From the NCBI GenBank assembly GCA_964291215.2, contig OZ219790.1:1984001-2048000 (forward strand): a DNA stretch of 64,000 bases. The letters run 5' to 3'. The notes below the pieces were generated by a model. The model searched no databases. It was given only the letters and a program-made list of their open reading frames with translations, and was not told the origin of the DNA. A program made the translations under genes and the position numbers. Below are positions 44,575-55,771 of this stretch, in pieces (position 1 is the stretch's first letter; each line of letters begins with the position of its first letter). The DNA comes from Alphaproteobacteria bacterium. Its GTDB lineage: Bacteria; Pseudomonadota; Alphaproteobacteria; MPNO01; UBA830.

Positions 44575-45931
44575 TGGCGACGAGCGGCGCACGAGGCGTT
44601 CGAGGCGGCCAGGACCGCGGCGCTGCCGGCAAGATATCCGGAGAGGCCGATGACGTGATCCGCGTGCTGTCCACCTTGGTGAGCATCCTGATTGCCGTCC
44701 TGCTGGAGAAGACGACCCGCGCCAACTCCGGCCTTGCGCCGTCGCAGACGGACAAGGACGAGCGGCGCAAGGGCGCCAGCGGCAAGGGCCCGAAGCCGAA
44801 CCTGCAGACGGGTGACAACCTCCGGAAGACCGTCATCGAGGAGACGGTCGCCGTCAAGGCCTGCGGCGCCGACCTCGATGACGTCGACGCCGTCGACCGG
44901 GAGCGTCGCACGACATCGTCTTCGAGGTCATCGAGCGCCGCGTCGACGCCGAGGTCAAGGAATGCCGGATCCGGGGGCGGTTTCCCGAGACCATGCCCGG
45001 GCCGCTGCAGTACGGCGTCGGTCTGCAGGCCTTCGTCATCAACCTGCCGGTCGCCCAAATGCTGTCCCTGCGCCGTCGCGCTGGTGCAGGCGATCTTCGG
45101 GCTCAGGCTCTCCGAAGCCACCTGCCTCGGCGACGTCAGGCGCCTGCATGACGCGCTGCACTCCAGGCCGCTATCGCCGAGCTGCTGGAACGCCCGGCGC
45201 TGCATGTCGACGAAACCGGCTTCCGGATCGACGGCAGGACCCGATCGCTCCATGTCGTCACCGACGGGACGTGCAAGTTCCTGCATCGCAAGCGCGGCAG
45301 GCAGGCGATCGAGGAGATCGGCATCAGCTACACCGGCACGCTGGACTGCCGGGCCGCATACCCGGCCTGCGATCAATGCACCCACCAGCTGTGCGGGTCC
45401 CACCTGCTCAGGGAACTGACCTTCATCGTCGGCGCCAGTGGCTACCGCCGGGCACGCGTGATGAAGAAACTGCTGCCTGCCACAGGGTTAACAAGAGCGC
45501 ATCCAGGACCCTGAACGAGGCCGACCGCCGCAGCGTCATCAAGCGCTACCGGACCATCCTGACCCGGGGGGCGAAGGAACTGCCTGAAATCCCGCCCCGA
45601 CAGAAAGGAAAACGCGGACGGATTGCGAACGCGCACAACCTCCGGGAGCGTCTCGCAAGACATGAAGAGTCCGTCCTGCGCTTCATGAGCGACCCGGACG
45701 TCAGCTTCACCAACAACACCGGCGAGCAGAAAATCCGGATGGCAAAGGTCAAGGTGTCCGGATGCTTCCGAACCCCGCTCTAGCCGAGGCCTGGTGCCGA
45801 AGCTCAAGCTATCTCACCTCCATGACCGCACTCGGCTACAGCCCGCTCGTCGCCATCTGGATCGCACTCGCCGGAAACGCCGCCGACACGATCAAGATGC
45901 ACAACGCCAAACCCGCCTCTGCGGAGGGTGA
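44574..45931 (+). pseudogene. IS66-family transposase (single-ORF type), frameshifted
   Basis: NSGLAPSQ, LHVDETG, HQLCGSHLLREL, VSFTNN.GEQ.IRMAKVK.SGCFR. Confidence 0.85.
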
Positions 45932-45939
45932 GGAGATAC

Positions 45940-46212
45940 CCCGACGCCAGGAAAGATCCGGCGTGCCGGGCGCGGTACCTGACCGCAATGAGCCGCGTCG
46001 GGATTCTCGTGGCCTCCCGGAAACCGCGCTCCGAGCGGGTCCCGCTTCCGGACGGTACGACGCATGGTGTGCCGGCACAGCGCGAGAAGGAAACAGACCT
46101 TCGGATTGGTCTCGACATGGTGCGAATCGCGCGCAACGGCGCTCTCGATGTGTCCGTGATATTCAGCCAGGATCAGGATTTGGCGGAGCTAGCCCAGAAA
46201 GTTCACACTAAC
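45940..46212 (+). pseudogene. internal fragment of an NYN/PIN-domain gene
   Basis: REKETDLRIGLD...VIFSQDQDLAE acidic NYN motifs; no start codon or native end. Confidence 0.65.
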
Positions 46213-46300
46213 CGAATCGATCTGCAGTGTCAAATCTCCACGAAAACCCGTTCGTTGCTCTACCCCGACATCAAGCCGGAACCAGGGGGTGAGCAGTTAC

Positions 46301-47739
46301 AAATTCTGTTTGATTTTTCCAGACAGTACTTGGGTATAGCGGAGGCGCGGGTTGGTGCGGGAGATTTTTTGCAGTTTTCGCTGGCTTTCCTGTACTGAAG
46401 TTGTCATGGTGCGGGGATGTCGGTTCACAAGTACATCGCATCCTGTCCGATTCACGTCGCAGCTCCGGAAGGGTCTGTCCGAGGTTTGCGAAGCCCGAGG
46501 AGCGTCCGCTGCGTTGATGGACGACTATCTCGGGTTTCGCCGTCTGGCGGGGCTGCGCCATATTGCGTTCTTCAGGGGGCAGTGGTCTGGCGGCGTGACG
46601 GTGCCTTCAAGTGCCGCGACCGGTGGATCGGCTGGAAGTAGGAGCAGGAGTGGCTTGATCTGATAGCGAACAACACGCGACTGCTGGTGCGTGCGGCGCC
46701 GGGAACGTTTCCGAACCTTGCCTCCTTCTTTCTTGCGACGCGGCGGCTGGCCGACGACTGGGCCTGCGGCCACCAGGTGGCGGAGACGTTCTGCGATCCG
46801 GCGCGTTTTGCGGGCACCCTGTACAAGGCGGCGGGCTGGCGTGCGCCGGACCAAGGGGTTTGCCCGCGCCAACGGGCGCTGCACCGACCCCCATGGCAAG
46901 GAGATTTTCGTTTTGCCGCTGCGGCGCGACGGCTGCTGTCGCGCCGCAGGCACTGCCGGGCGCCGCCTGCCTCCTCGCTCCCCGGGGTTCCGAGGTGATG
47001 CGTTCGCTGCACGACGAGTTGGCGGCGATCGAGGACTTCCGCCGCGCAGAAAGCACACGGTGTGCTCACGTTCTCGCCGAGCTTGCGAACATGAAAGGCT
47101 GCCTCGCAGCTGCGCAGTTTGCGCGGTCGCTGTCCCGAGACGAGCTCGAGGCCATCGGCGGAACCCGAGGACGGGGCTGCGCGAGCCGCTCCTCCAGGGC
47201 GACCCTCCACCGGGTCGTCCGGTCGGTCGACCCCGAGGCGCTTGAGAACATGCTCGGCCGCCATGGCAGGCGCCGGCTCGCCCGGGCGCTTGCCGCCGAC
47301 GGCAAGCGCATCCGCGACGCCAACCGCAACGGCCACCACGAGACCGTGGCCCTCACGCCTCCGCGCCCCCTTCGCGCTGTTGAACTTCGACGACGGCGAG
47401 TTGGCGGCCACCTCCTCGAGCGCACCGATGTTCGCGGCAAGGTGATCACCCGCACGACGCCGGCGACGCTGATCACCCGGCGCTGCGGCGCAGACTATGT
47501 CTTCCCGGTCAAAGGCAATACGCCCGAAACCTTCGACGGCATCGACTGGGAGACAGATGCCAGCGGTTGCTTCAAAGAAGCAAGGCCCACGGACGCCTCG
47601 AGCAGCGCTCGATACGTGCCGCTCAAGGGCTTGATCAACTACCCCGGCAGATCGCCCGCATCAAGCGCTACCGCAAGCCGCCGGGAAAGAGCGCCAGCGG
47701 CGCAGCGAGCGGCAACGACTGCACCGGTACATCATCACC
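46301..47739 (+). mobile_element. ISAs1-DUF4338 copy B (left end at 43793-43817, split by the IS66 composite; 3' truncated)
   Basis: Homologous to copy A; AADGKRIR, VKGN; truncated at YIITS by an IS66-type end (47740-47758). Confidence 0.82.
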
Positions 47740-47995
47740 TCACCGCACGAACGCTTACGTACCGCCAGCCGTGCGCAACTCTCGACACCGGGTCGGTTCA
47801 CGGCAACCACGCGATCAATATACGGCCGCATTCCAGGACCGATAGTACCAAACTGCCGATGCTCTCTCCAAATCGGGGATATCGCCCACACGTAGCGGGC
47901 TTCCGTTTGCGGCAGGCGCGGCTATAACACTGGCTGACGCCAGCCGGACCGAAAAAGCTCTCGCTTTCGATGCCACGCCGTGTCATATTGCCGGC

Positions 47996-48373
47996 ATGGA
48001 CCAGACACCGCAGTTCGCCGCCCAGATTTCTCCTTGGCTAACACCGGTTGTCCTGCTGACCGTTCTCGGTCTCATGTGGCGCAGCATGCTGCGGCTCGAA
48101 GACCGGCTCGGCGCACGCATTGATGACACCAACAAGCGTATCGACGACACCAACAAGCGTATCGACGACACCAACAGGCGTATCGACGACACCGCCGCCG
48201 CGCTCGTCAAACGCATCGACGACACCACCGCCGCGCTCGGCGCACGCATCGACGGAATCGACAACCGGCTGCGGGCGCTTGAGACCGGCCAGGCGGAGAT
48301 CAAGGGAAAGCTCGACTTCGTCGAAGCATACATCCTCGGACGCAACGCCCCCGGAACCGCGCCTGCGGAGTGA
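47996..48373 (+). CDS. membrane-anchored coiled-coil repeat protein, copy 2 (125 aa)
   Basis: Same termini as copy 1; units 7,7,7,11,11. Confidence 0.82.
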   Translation: MDQTPQFAAQISPWLTPVVLLTVLGLMWRSMLRLEDRLGARIDDTNKRIDDTNKRIDDTNRRIDDTAAALVKRIDDTTAALGARIDGIDNRLRALETGQAEIKGKLDFVEAYILGRNAPGTAPAE

Positions 48374-48726
48374 TCCGGCGGCTCGGGGCGGCACGCATCC
48401 CGCATTGAGCCGCCTGTCCGCATTCACCGAGCGAATGCGGACAGGACCGGATGGAGGGTTCGGCGCGTTGCGCAACCGTCGCTGCGGACGATCTGAATTC
48501 AGGCAACATGCCCGAAATTTGTGCGGCGACCTGGACGAAAACGGAGCAGCAGCGGCCGTAACGGCGGCGGAACATTCTCACGCTAAATTCTGTTTGATTT
48601 TTCAAGGCAGTACCTGGGTTTTGCGGGGGCGCAGGTTGGTGCGAGGAGATTTTTTCCAGTTTTCGCTGGCTTTCCTGGACTGGAGTTGTCATGGTGCGGG
48701 GATATCGGTTCACAAGCACATCGCGT

Positions 48727-50783
48727 GGGTGAGAGTCTCGTATGGCACGGTTGCAGGCTCAGTACCATTTGTTCATCTCACAGTGCCGGGGTGTGATTTG
48801 GGCTGATGTTGTCGTTGGCTGGTGCGTCGTCTGCACCGATCATGGTTGCCCATGCGCTTTCGAAGCGGCCGGATTCGAGCAGGGCGCGGAAGGTGATTGT
48901 CCGCCGACGATGCGCCAGCGCATGCCGGAACGTTTCATGCGCTGTGTGACGAGGGTCTTGTTTGCCGCCTCGACAATTCCCGAGCCGGTTGCTTCAGCGC
49001 GTGGTAGCGCATGCGGTGGCGATGCTTGCGGAAGTAAGGACAGTTCCCTGTCGATGTCGGCCCGTTGGCGCCGCGGTGTCGCGAAGGTGGCGCAGCGCCC
49101 GGATCACCTGTCGATGCCGCGGGGGTCGTGACAAAATCCTGTCCCGAAACGGGCGATTGTCACGAAAACTCGTTGTAACTGCTCACCCCCTGGTTCCGGC
49201 TTGATGTCGGGGTAGAGCAACGAACGGGTTTTCGTGGAGATTTGACACTGCAGGCCGATTCGTTTAGTGGTGGTAATCGAGAACGACGGGGACCGCCAGT
49301 GGGCTACTTTGGATCGAAGGCGACGAGCGGGCTGTGCCAGCTGCTTCCGGGGCTCCAGCCCCCGCATGATCTGTATGTGGAAACGCATCTCGGAGGCGGC
49401 GCGCTGATGAAGCGCAAGGCCGGGTGATGGCGACGGGCGGCGCGCGAGGAGTTCGAAGCGGCCAAGACCGCGGCGCTGCCGGCAAGGTGGCGGAAGAGGC
49501 CGTGATCCGCGTCCTCGTCATCCTGCTCGACATCATCATCGTCGTCCTTCTGAAGAAGACTACGCACGAGCCGGAACTCCGGTCTGCCGCCGTCACAGAC
49601 GGACAAGAGCGTGCCGGGAGCAACGGCAAGGGCCCGAAGCCGAACCGGCAGATGGGCGACAACCTGCGCAAGATCATCGTCGAGGAGACGGTCGCGGCCT
49701 GCGACGCCTGCGGCGCTGACATCGACGGCCCCGTCGATCGGGAGCGCCGCGTCCTCTATGACATCGTGTTCGAGGTCGCGCCGCGTCGACGCCGAGGAAT
49801 GCCCGAAGTGCAAGGCCCGGGGCCGGTTCCCCGACAACATCCCGTGCAGTACGGCATCGGCATCCAGGCCCTCGTCATCAACCTGCTGGTTGCCCAGATG
49901 CTGTCCCTGCGCCGCGCTGTCGCGCTCGTGCATGCGATCTCCGGCATCAAGCTCTCCGAGGCAACCTGCCTCGGCTATGCTTTCACGATGCGTCATGGGA
50001 GGAGGCCGCCGTGGCGCACCTCCTGCAACGCCCGATGTCGATGATTTCGGATCAACAGCAAGTGGCTTCATGTCGTGGGACCCTGACGTGCAAGTTCCCG
50101 CACCGCAAGCGCGGCCGGGAGGCAAGAGATCGGCATCATCCCGTGCTACAAGGGCGTCCTGACTGCTGGGCCTCGTACATGGGCCAGTGTAGCCACCAGC
50201 TGTGCGGCAGCCACCTGCTGCGCGAACTGACCTTTGTCGTCGAGGCTACCGCGCGACTGATGAAGAGCCTGCTCCGCGAGGTCTGCCACAAGGTCAACAA
50301 GAGCGCATCCAAAACCCTGAACGACGCCGGGCGCAAGCGCTACCGCACCATCAGGGCGCCAGGGAACTGCCCGATATCCCGCCGAAAGGAAAACGTGGAC
50401 GCAAGTCCGACGCGCACAACCTGCACGAACGTCTCGTGAAACACGAAAACCTGCGCTTCATAGACAACCCCGACGTCAGCTTCACCAACAATGCCGGAGA
50501 ACAGAAGATCAGGATGGCAAAGCTCAAGGTGCCCGGATGCTTCCGCTCCACGCAAAAGCATGGTGCCAAGCTACCTCACCTCCATGGCCGCACTCGGCTA
50601 CAATCATCACGTCGCAACCCAGATCGCCCTCGACGGAAAAGCCGCAGACATCATCAACGAGCACTACGACCAATCAGAACCCAACTAGGGGTGAGTAGAT
50701 ACAACTCGTTTTCGCCGCTGCCTCGCTGACCGCACAACCGTATTAAATCAATGGCTTGGATTCGCCATACGAGAACTGCACCC
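48727..50783 (-). mobile_element. ISKra4-like element, internally deleted, with nested IS66
   Basis: TIR GGGTG...(T)CTCGTATGGC; flanks CATCGCGT / CATCTCGT; YFRKHRHRMRY, GSGIVEAANKTLVTQRMKRSGMRW. Confidence 0.75.
49175..50702 (+). mobile_element. IS66-family element, copy 2 (methyltransferase internally deleted, transposase degenerate)
   Basis: Ends GTAACTGCTCACC / GGTGAGTAGATAC; perfect 8-bp TSD AACTCGTT (49167-49174 / 50703-50710). Confidence 0.88.
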
Positions 50784-51183
50784 CATCTCGTCCTGTCCGA
50801 TTCACGTCGCAGATCCGGAAGGGTCTGTCCGAGGTTGAGGTTCGCGAAGCCTGAGGAGCGTCCGCTGCGGGATGCGTTGATGGACGACTATCTCGGGTTT
50901 CGCCGTCTGGCGGAGCTGCGCCATATTGCATCTTTCAGGGGGCAGTGGCCTAGCGGCGTGACGGGGCCTTCAAGTGCCGCGACCCAGGGTGATCTTACGC
51001 TAAATTCTGTCTGATTTTTCAAGACAGTACCTGGGCTTTGCGGAGGCGCGGGTTGGTGCGGGAGATTTTTTTACAGTTTTCGCTGACTTTCCTGCACTGA
51101 AGTTGTCATGGTGCGGGGATGTCGGTTCACAAGCACATCGCATCCTGTCCGATTCACGTCGCAGCTCTGGAAGGGTCTGTCCG

Positions 51184-52510
51184 AGCATCCATGTTTCTTG
51201 GCAAGGTTTTTGCGGGTGTCTGTGGTGATGTTTTCTGTGGTTGTCCACAAGCGGTGTGGGGTTTGCTCTGCGAGCGAGGCGACATGAAGCTTGTGGTCCC
51301 GGCGGCGGGTTGCCGTCCATTGGTCACGTGAACGCGGCTACCTTGCCGTCCCCGGGCATGGTAACGTGACCGTCCGGGTTCCAGGTGTCCCAAGGCGGTT
51401 CGATCTCCTTGATGTCGACCTCGACGATGATCTGCAGACATTCTCCCCAAGTCGTGTCGGAGACTGTCGAGACAGTCCCGATCGCGCTCTCGGCAGGGCC
51501 GTGTCTCCTTCGCTCACTCACCGGTGCTTCAGGCAACGCTGCTGTCGCAGCAAGGTGTTCGCCAGAGCTTGCGCATCACGGCGACAATCGCGACTTTGTG
51601 GGCCTTGCCGGCAGTCTTGAGGCGCACCAGGTCCGCGTTGAAGCGTGCCGGTTGCGGCCATGAACAGGAGATCGCGTGGCCTTCGGCGCCCGCCACGGAT
51701 GTGCCGAGCACCGTGGTCGTTGGCGCCACCCCGATCAAGGCTGCCGACGCTGCCGAGTTCGGGCATCCAGCAAAGAAGGGCCGCGGCGGTCACCGGATCG
51801 AGGTCAGGATGGCATACCTCTGCTTGGGATCACCGGCGATCACCGCTTTGATCGCCGCGCCGGCAATGCGATCATCGAGATCGGCCGCCGAGGCCCTTGT
51901 GACGGTCTCGCCATCCTCCTCATCTGCCACCTGCCTGGCGTCGACAAGCGCGGCACCAGGAGATCCTCCAGGCTCTTGAGGAAGGCGGAGCCACAGGCTC
52001 AAGATCGCCCAGCCGATCTTGGCGTCGACGCGGTTGGCCCATCGCCTCGGCGAAGCCCGCAACGGGTTGACGAGAATAACCTCGAAGCCCCGGTCATGAA
52101 GACACTGGTAAACCTTGCGGTGATAGCGGCCTGTCGCCCACTACCCGGCTCACCCCGAGGCCGCGAAGCCACCTGCCCGTGGCGTCGTTCGCAAAACAAT
52201 GCGCCAGATGTCCAGACTGGCTGACCCTTGCTACTATCTTGACCATCGTCCCTTGCTCCTCGCCTTACGATGATACGGGTTCAAACCCAAGTATCCAGCG
52301 AGGGACGTCAAGGGAGGTTGCCACACTCGGACACGGCCCTGTCAAGGTCGAAACGGCAACCTCCGCGGAGATCGTTTGACCCCCTGTGCGTGTTCGCTCA
52401 GGGGAGCGGAATCTCTCTGCAACCATAGCTCTCCCACAGATCCACATTTTCCCGCCCCCAACTGCTGTGGATGATTTCATCATCAAGGGGACAAAACCTG
52501 GTCATATAAG
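51184..52510 (-). mobile_element. IS110-family element, copy 1 (degenerate recombinase ~51520-52246)
   Basis: GVAP...RHIRGGR..PR.LLFMAA, GKAHKVAIVAVMRKL; no TIR; 2-bp core (AG/CT) at both junctions; ~260-bp non-coding left end. Confidence 0.88.
52255..52495 (-). ncRNA. putative IS110 bridge RNA
   Basis: 5' hairpin (52381-52404), target-binding loop (52313-52364) and donor-binding loop (52258-52303), with guides matching target and donor sequences; exact ends uncertain. Confidence 0.75.
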
Positions 52511-55360
52511 GTTGAGGTTCGCGAAGCCTGAGGAGCGTCCGCTGCGTTGATGGACGACTATCTCGGGTTTCGCCGTCTGGCGGGGCTGCGCTATATTGCG
52601 TCCTTCAGGGGGCAGTGGCTGGCGGCGTGACGGGGCCTTCAAGTGCCGCGACTGGTGGATTGGCTGGAAGCCGGAGCAGCAGGGCTTGATCTGACAACAC
52701 GCGACTGCTTGCGGCGCCGGGAACGTTTTCGAACCTTGCCTCCTTCTTTCTTGCGACGCGGCGGCTGGCCGACGATTGGGCCTACGGCCACCAAGTGGCG
52801 GAGACGTTCTGCGATCCGGCGCGTTTTGCGGGCACAAGGCGGCGGGCTGGCGTGCCAAGGGGTTTGCCCGCGGGCGCTACACCGACCCCCATGGCAAGGA
52901 GATTTTCGTTGTGCGGCGCGACGGCTGCTGTCGCAGGCGCTGCGGTAGCGCCGCTTGCCTCCTCGCTCCCCGGGGTTCCGAGGTGATGCGTTCGCTGCGC
53001 GAAGAGTTGGCGGCGATCGAGGACTTCCGCCGCGCAGGAAGCACACGGTGTGCTCACGTTCTCGCCGAGCTTGCGAACATGAAAGGCTGCCTCGCAGCTG
53101 CGCAGTTTGCGCGGTCGCTGTCTCAGGACGAGCTCGAGGCCATCGGCGGAACCCGAGGACGGAGCTGCGCGAGCCGCCCTCCAAGGCGACCCTCCACCGG
53201 GCAGTCGATCGACCCCGAGGCGCTCGAGGATGTACTCGGCCGCGGGCTCGCCCGGGCGCTTGCCGCCGACGGCAAGCGCATCCGCGGCGCTAACCGCAAC
53301 GGCCACCACGAGACCGTGGCTCTCACGCCTCCGGCGCACCCTTCGCGCTGTTGAATTTCGACGACGGTGAGCTGGCGGCCACCTCCTCGAGCGCACCGAT
53401 GTCCGCGGCAAGGTGACCACCCGCACGACGCCGGCGGCGCTGATCACCCGGCGCTGCGGCGCAGACCATGTCTTCTCGGTCAAAGGCAATGCGCCCGAAA
53501 CCTTCGACATCCTCGACGGCATCGACTGGGAGCCAGCGGCCGCTTCAAGGAAGAGTAAGGCCCGCCTCGAGCAGCGCGTGCCGCTCAAGGGCTTGATCAA
53601 CTACCCCGGCCAGATCGCCCGCATCAAGCGCTACCGCGAGCCGCTGGGAAAGAGCGCCAACGGCGCAGCGAGCAGCAACGACTGTACATCATCACCTCGC
53701 TCGATGCGCAACACGCGTCGCCAGAGGAACTGCTGCGGCCGCGGGCTGTGGAAAACATGAACCATCGAGACTGCGTCTTCGGCGAAGACGCCTGCCTGAC
53801 ACGCAAACCGCGCCAGCCTCAACAACATCGCGCTCGCGGTGATCTTCGCCAACCGACGCGAGAGCCTCGCCGAAACACGGCGGCGGCTCGACCGCCGAGA
53901 AGCCGTCGCAGCTCTGATTCGGCCCTGAGCGCCAATGGCGTCCGGCCGATTTTCGGATGCCGCCCACAACCCGCCTACATCCCGAAAACAACCCGCCCAC
54001 GCGCCGGCAACGCCGCCGGCGACGACCGTGGACGGCCCCGAAGCCAGAAAACCCGGCAGGTTGTACAACCTGCCTCCATCAGCAGTCGACAAGATCGAAT
54101 GCAGCGTGAGAAAGTCCTGGCCGCGACCGGTGGCTGGAAGCCGGGGCAGCAGTGGCTTGATCTGATCGCGAACAACGCGCGACTGCCGGTGCTTGCGGCG
54201 CCGGGAACGTTTCCGAACTTTGCCTCCTTCTTTCTTGTGACGCGGCGGCTGACCGACGACTGGGCCTGCGGCCACCAGGTGGTTGTGGCAGAGACGTTCT
54301 GCGATCCGGAGCGTTTTGCGGGCGCAAGGCGGCGGGCTGGCATGCGCTGGGCCAGACCAAGGGGTTTACCCGCGCCAACGGGCGCTGCACCGACCCCCAT
54401 GGCAAGGAGATTTTCGTTGTGCCGCTGCGGCGCGGCGGCTGCTGTCGCGCCCGCAGGCGCTGCCGGGCGCCGCCTGCCTCCTCGCTCCCCGGGGTTCCGA
54501 GGTGATGCGTTCGCTGCACGACGAATTGGCGGCGATCGAGGACTTCCGCCGCGCAGGAAGCACACGATGTGCTCACGTTCTCGCGGAGCTTGCGAACATG
54601 AAAGGCTGCCTCGCAGCTGCGCAGTTTGCGCGGTCGCTGTCCCGGGACGAGCTCGAGGCCATCGGCGGAACCCGAGGACGGAGCTGCGCGAGCCGCCCTC
54701 CAAGGCGACCCTCCACCGGGTCGTCCAGTCGATCGATCCCGAGGCGCTCGAGGATGTGCTCAGCCGCGAGCTCGGCCGGGCGCTTGCCGCCGACGGCAAG
54801 CGCATCCGCGGCGCCAACGGCCACCACGAGACCGTGGCCCTCACGCCTCCGGCGCACCCTTCGCGCTGTTGAACTTCGACGACGGCGAGCTGGCGGCCAC
54901 CTCCTCGAGCGCACCGATGTTCGCGGCAAGGTGATCACCCGCACGACGCCGGCGATGCTGATCACCCGGCGCTGCGGCGCAGACCACATCTTCCCGGTCA
55001 AGGGCGCCCGAAACCTTCGACATCCTCGACGGCATCGACCGGGAGACGGATGCCAGCGGCGCAGCGAGCGACAACGACTGCACCGAGACCGCGTACATCA
55101 TTACCTCACCGCACGAACGCTTACGTACCGCCGGCCGTGCGCGACTCTCGACACCGGGTCGGTTCACGACAACCACGTGAACAATATATGGCCGCATTCC
55201 AGAACCGATAGTACCAAACCGCCGATGCTCTCTCCAATCGGGGATGTCGTCCGCACATAGCAGGCTTCCGTTTGCGGCGGGCGCGGCTATAACACTGGCT
55301 GACGCCAGCCGGACCGAAAAAGCTCTCGCTTTCGATGCCACGCCGTGTCATATTGCCGGC

Positions 55361-55771
55361 ATGGACCAGACACCGCAGTTCGCCGCCCAGATTTCTCCTT
55401 GGCTAACACCGGTCGTCCTGCTGACCGTTCTCGGTCTCATGTGGCGCAGCATGCTGCGGCTCGAAGACCGACTCGGCGCACGCATTGATGACACCAACAA
55501 GCGTATAGACGACACCAACAAGCGTATCGACGACACCAACAGGCGTATCGACGACACCGCCGCCGCGCTCGTCAAACGCATCGACGACACCGCCGCCGCG
55601 CTCGGCGCACGCATCGACGACACCACCGCCGCGCTCGGCGCACGCATCGACGGAATCGACAACCGGCTGCGGGCGCTTGAGACCGGCCAAGCGGAGATCA
55701 AGGGAAAGCTCGACTTCGTCGAAGCATACATCCTCGGACGCAACGCCCCCGGAACCGCGCCTGCGGAGTGA
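55361..55771 (+). CDS. membrane-anchored coiled-coil repeat protein, copy 3 (136 aa)
   Basis: Same termini; units 7,7,7,11,11,11. Confidence 0.82.
   Translation: MDQTPQFAAQISPWLTPVVLLTVLGLMWRSMLRLEDRLGARIDDTNKRIDDTNKRIDDTNRRIDDTAAALVKRIDDTAAALGARIDDTTAALGARIDGIDNRLRALETGQAEIKGKLDFVEAYILGRNAPGTAPAE

Larger units (their letters stand above)
43818..46300 (+). mobile_element. IS66-based composite: IS66 (43818-45939) + captured NYN fragment + inverted second left end
   Basis: GTAACTGCTCACC at both outer ends within ~88-bp inverted repeats; perfect 8-bp TSD AAATTCTG (43810-43817 / 46301-46308). Confidence 0.88.
50985..54119 (+). mobile_element. ISAs1-DUF4338 copy D, inserted into copy C and itself carrying IS110
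   Basis: Ends CAGGGTGATCTTACGCT / AGCGTGAGAAAGTCCTG; 9-bp TSD GCCGCGACC (50976-50984 / 54120-54128). Confidence 0.85.
48568..55105 (+). mobile_element. ISAs1-DUF4338 copy C, interrupted by ISKra4 and by ISAs1 copy D; 3' truncated like copy B
   Basis: Segments 48568-48726, 50784-50984 and 54120-55105 rejoin into the copy B sequence. Confidence 0.78.

Noticed and set aside
43942-46212. Methyltransferase plus NYN nuclease as a restriction/defence pair
   Set aside because: The NYN piece is an internal fragment outside the IS66 right IR and is absent from the second IS66 copy.
49122-49174. Tn3-like GGGG inverted repeat
   Set aside because: No partner IR, transposase or resolvase; it lies inside the ISKra4 remnant.
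41069-55105. Druantia defence system
   Set aside because: DUF4338-like segments lie inside TSD-bounded IS elements; no DruE helicase or other dru genes.
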